Positions 60,532-64,000 of a stretch of DNA of 64,000 bases are shown piece after piece. The DNA lies in NCBI GenBank assembly GCA_964035575.1, contig OZ037839.1, positions 1,364,001-1,428,000 of the forward strand. The letters are read 5' to 3'. Below the pieces are notes generated by a model. The model was not told where the DNA came from. It made no database searches and was given only the letters and a program-made list of their open reading frames with translations. The first letter of the stretch is position 1. Each line of letters opens with the position of its first letter. Both the position numbers and the translations under genes were made by a program. This DNA comes from Rhynchopus sp. YZ270_cl-10 (Eukaryota).

Positions 60532-61008
60532 CATGGATGTAGAAAGTACGTGACGAAAAAAAAGTACCTTTTTTCCAAAAATCGGGTTACGTGATACTTC
60601 ACGTACGTGACGTTTTTTGAAAAAAAATTTTACGTGATTTACGTGATTTCGAAAAAAAAACGAAAAAAAGTACTTTTTTTTTTTTGAAAAAAAAAAAGTA
60701 CTTTTTTTTCCACGTGAAAATCAACGTACGTGAAAATATTGGAGCGTTTTCGGCCATAAAAATGCCCGAAAACACCCGCATTTGCATTTCCGGAATCCGC
60801 CCATTCTGTGGTGGGCGATATACAGAAAAATGGACAAAATTTTAGTGACTAAAATTTTCACGAAATATGAACCCACACCCAAATGGGTAAAAAAGTACTT
60901 TTTTTTTTTCAAAAAAAAAAAAGTACTTTTTTTTTCCATTTTTCGTCACGTACTTTTTTACTTTTTTTTTAAAAAAAAAAAGTACGTGAAGTACTTTCTA
61001 CATCCATG
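60532..61008. mobile_element. CA...TG TIR element with 6 bp TSD (hAT-like)
   Basis: TIR CATGGATGTAGAAAGTAC; ATTGAT at 60526-60531 and 61009-61014. Confidence 0.8.
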
Positions 61009-61027
61009 ATTGATTATTCAATATTTT

Positions 61028-61070
<43 letters not shown>

Positions 61071-61079
61071 GGGGGGGTA

Positions 61080-62267
61080 GGGGATACGACTCCAGCCATT
61101 TTGGCTGGGACCAAACGCACGGAAAATTCATTTGGCATTATCTGGCCATCTCCAAGGCAACTGCGGGTGAAAAACACCCTCAGAGTGGGTCACAGGGGGC
61201 CTGTGGGTCGAAAAACGACCCAGAAGCCACCCCAGAATACAAAAAAATGGAAAAAAATAGTGAAAAAACGGCTTTTTTCACGTTTTGGCCACTTTGGGCA
61301 AAATAGCGATTTTTCGAGAAAAAAATCAAAAACCGGGATATTTTTTGACATCACAAAGCCTCCTTTGGCACAAATATACCCCAAAAGTGGCCTGTGAGTC
61401 CATTCCAACCTGTTTTGGACATATTTGACACTTTTGGAAGTGTTTTTTTGGTGTTTTTAGGTCAAAAAAATGCCCAAGACGTCCCCAAGACATCCCCAAG
61501 ACACTTTGCACACCCCCTGTTACGGTCATATTTTTTTCGTTTTTTTGCCTGAAACCCCCAAAATACCCCTCCCGGACCCCACATAGTCCCGAATATCCAT
61601 CACACACCCACTCAGAGTGAGTAGAAGCACCCCAAAAAAAATATTTTTTAAAGCCCTAAAATTGTGCTTCAGTTTCGGCAGCATCCATGTTGAAGTTGAA
61701 GGGCTTTAAAAAATATTTTTTTTGGGGTGCTTCTACTCACTCTGAGTGGGTGTGTGATGGATATTCGGGACTATGTGGGGTCCGGGAGGGGTATTTTGGG
61801 GGTTTCAGGCAAAAAAACGAAAAAAATATGACCGTAACAGGGGGTGTGCAAAGTGTCTTGGGGATGTCTTGGGGACGTCTTGGGCATTTTTTTGACCTAA
61901 AAACACCAAAAAAACACTTCCAAAAGTGTCAAATATGTCCAAAACAGGTTGGAATGGACTCACAGGCCACTTTTGGGGTATATTTGTGCCAAAGGAGGCT
62001 TTGTGATGTCAAAAAATATCCCGGTTTTTGATTTTTTTCTCGAAAAATCGCTATTTTGCCCAAAGTGGCCAAAACGTGAAAAAAGCCGTTTTTTCACTAT
62101 TTTTTTCCATTTTTTTGTATTCTGGGGTGGCTTCTGGGTCGTTTTTCGACCCACAGGCCCCCTGTGACCCACTCTGAGGGTGTTTTTCACCCGCAGTTGC
62201 CTTGGAGATGACCAGATAATGCCAAATGAATTTTCCGTGCGCAAAAAATGGCTGGAGTCGTACCCCC
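61080..62267. mobile_element. Foldback element: ~570 bp near-perfect arms with a 42 bp spacer
   Basis: 61115-61657 is the reverse complement of 61700-62242; termini GGGG(A/G)TACGACTCCAGCCATTTT. Confidence 0.9.
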
Positions 62268-62269
62268 TA

Positions 62270-63443
62270 GGCATACATGGTAAGCGAACAAAAAATTCGC
62301 TTTATTCGCTTTTCCAAAAAAGCGAATAAAAAATTCGCTTTATTCGCTTTTGGTTCGCTTTTTTATTCGCTTTATTCGCCTTTTATTCGCCTTTGGGTGA
62401 TCTGTGATCGTCTCCATGGGACACGTAACAGGCTGTGAGAGCTTACTGAGAGCTAGTGGGAGCTGAGTACTGAGTATACACAGTATACACAGTATACACA
62501 GTATACACAGTATACACAGTATACACAGTATACACAGTATACACAGTATACACAGTATACACAGTATACACAGTATACACAGTATACACAGTATACACAG
62601 TATACACAGTATACACAGTATACACAGTATACACAGTATACACAGTATACACAGTATACACAGTATACACAGTATACACAGTATACACAGTATACACAGT
62701 ATACACAGTATACACAGTATACACAGTATACACAGGGGATTGGGAGTACAGTACAGTACAGTACAGTACAGTACAGTACAGTACAGTACAGTACAGTACA
62801 GTACAGTACAGTACAGTACAGTACAGTACAGTACAGTACAGTACAGTACAGTACAGTACAGTACAGTACAGTACAGTACAGTACAGTACAGTACAGTACA
62901 GTACAGTACAGTACAGTACAGTACAGTACAGTACAGTACAGTACAGTACAGTACAGTACAGTACAGTACAGTACAGTACAGTACAGTACAGTACAGTACA
63001 GTACAGTACAGTACAGTACAGTACAGTACAGTACAGTACAGTACAGTACAGTACAGTACAGTACAGTACAGTACAGTACAGTACAGTACAGTACAGTACA
63101 GTACAGTACAGTACAGTACAGTACAGTACAGTACAGTACAGTACAGTACAGTACAGTACAGTACAGTACAGTACAGTACAGTACAGTACAGTACAGTACA
63201 GTACAGTACAGTACAGTACAGTAGCCTTATTTTGGCGTCGTTGCGGGTATTGGGGGATCTCAGGGGACTAGACTCGACACACTAGACTTGACAAAAAATA
63301 CGTTGCTTTTTATTCGCTTTTTGTTCGCTTTTTCGTTCGCTTTTTGTTCGCTTTATTCGCTTTATTCGCCGGCGAATAAAGCGAATAAAAAAGCGAACCA
63401 AAAGCGAATAAAGCGAATTTTTTATTCGCTTACCATGTATGCC
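62270..63443. mobile_element. TIR element carrying (AGTATACAC)n and (GTACA)n arrays
   Basis: TIR GGCATACATGGTAAGCGAA; TTCGCTTT subterminal repeats; arrays at 62473-62734 and 62746-63222. Confidence 0.85.
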
Positions 63444-64000
63444 TAGGGGGGGGGGGGGGGGGGGTGGCAAAAAGGCGGTTTTAGTGAAATAAATTGAAAT
63501 CCGAGCTCACAGAGGCTCCAAACACGAAATCTCTGGCGAATATGGATTTTTTGGGGCTCAGGAGGGTGGTTTACCTGGTCACAGGCCTCCAAATGCGCCC
63601 AGAAACATGAAAAATATGAAAAATTGACTGGTTTTTCGGGGTTTTCGCACTTTTTGCATTTTTGGGAAAACAGCGTTTTTTCACCCATTTTTCGAAAAAA
63701 ATATCAAAAAACGGACATCAGATAGTGAACAAATACCCAAAATCACCCCAAAAGTATCGAATCTTTTCAAATACATCTGTTTTTCACACTCTAGACGCTC
63801 TGTTTGGGGCCAAAACCTCATTTTTAGGTCAAAAAATCGTCCTGTTATCGTCCTGTTTACCGCGCGCGCACCATTCCTCAAACCCGTTGGGCCACTTTCT
63901 GACCACTGCTGGGTGGTCTGACCACCCAGAGCACCCCCATTTACCAACCTCCTACCACATTTTCACCGAATTTCAGACCCAAAACTCTCTCTGTACCCCC

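Noticed and set aside
1..64000. tRNA, SL-RNA, snRNA or full rRNA genes
   Set aside because: None recognised by eye; tRNAscan-SE and Rfam searches would be needed to exclude them.

Overview
Repeat-rich eukaryotic (protist) nuclear DNA, most likely euglenozoan/diplonemid-like. That is an inference from eight long, apparently intron-free genes all on the + strand, pyrimidine-tract/AG sites just upstream of several ATGs, and a euglenozoan-type 18S rRNA fragment. Genes: a PH/PDZ-like coiled-coil protein, two tandem ankyrin-repeat paralogues (the first truncated where a decayed cyclin-like segment is inserted), a secreted beta-helix glycosidase-like protein, a DUF3592 membrane protein, a PP2C phosphatase, a secreted DUF2961/GH172-like protein and a Cys/His zinc-finger protein. 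Intergenic DNA and the gene-free 48.2-64 kb half consist of nested non-autonomous TIR elements (hAT-, Harbinger-, CMC-, Kolobok-, Tc1-like; several with target-site duplications), Crypton-like tyrosine-recombinase relics, a piggyBac-like relic, a 1.2 kb foldback palindrome and many young perfect 5-10 bp satellites. The most unusual signal is roughly 40 copies from about six families of 30-110 bp hairpin elements. All lie in the gene-sense orientation and keep RNA-type features (GNRA and UUCG loops, G-U pairs) while their stems diverge, whereas DNA-transposon repeats occur in both orientations. All family and domain calls come from visual motif recognition, not database searches.
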